The notes beneath the pieces are model-generated. The model searched no databases, was not told the DNA's origin, and saw only the letters and a program-made list of their open reading frames with translations. From the NCBI RefSeq assembly GCF_009914755.1, contig NC_060929.1: a stretch of DNA of 64,000 nt; one strand, given 5' to 3'. Positions within the stretch are counted from its first letter, which is position 1. Each line of letters begins with the position of its first letter. Position numbers and translations under genes: made by a program. Of the stretch, positions 63,671 to 64,000 are shown piece after piece. This DNA comes from the human T2T-CHM13v2.0 reference genome, Homo sapiens.

Positions 63671-64000
63671 TGCCTCTGTAGTCTCTTCTCTTTCTCTATT
63701 AGGCAATTATAACTACTGTCTGCATTGCTGATTTCCTGCCCTAAATTCTGCTAATAAACTTCATGTTACATTTTTCCCCGTGTAAAAATGTTTCACTGGT
63801 GGTGTTTGGGTTCTTTTTCATTGTATAACACAGGATCTCAAAAAGTTTACCTACCTTGCATCCTGTTGCAGGAAATAATTAGTGAGATATGCTCCACCAA
63901 AATGAGGAAGTGAATGCAGAAGAAAATCAGAAGTTATAGGAAAAAGGGGAGAGAACACAAGAGACATGTGGAAGGAATAATAACGGGATGATTATCAAAA

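Overview
Human-like genomic DNA, almost all intronic. Two minus-strand exons (14114-13995, 120 bp; 1647-1480, 168 bp) encode an extracellular repeat of a type II cadherin whose peptide I recognise as CDH12. No further exon is recognisable in 14115-64000. A nearly intact processed HSP60 pseudogene (probably HSPD1P1; 573 codons, one CGA>TGA stop, 16-bp TSD) lies antisense to CDH12 at 42119-44370. The rest is L1, Alu, LTR, L2/MIR/DNA-transposon relics and simple repeats. I see no new protein-coding system. Four structures are the most unusual. (1) An apparently recombinant ERVL/MaLR provirus (23520-29936) whose two LTRs share the same MLT2B/MST chimeric structure. (2) A second THE1/HERV-L composite bounded by one TSD (18466-20301). 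(3) A ~150-bp inverted repeat with a perfect 36-bp core (3337-4162). (4) Several template-switch scars. All repeat subfamily names are from recalled consensus sequences, not from a database search.
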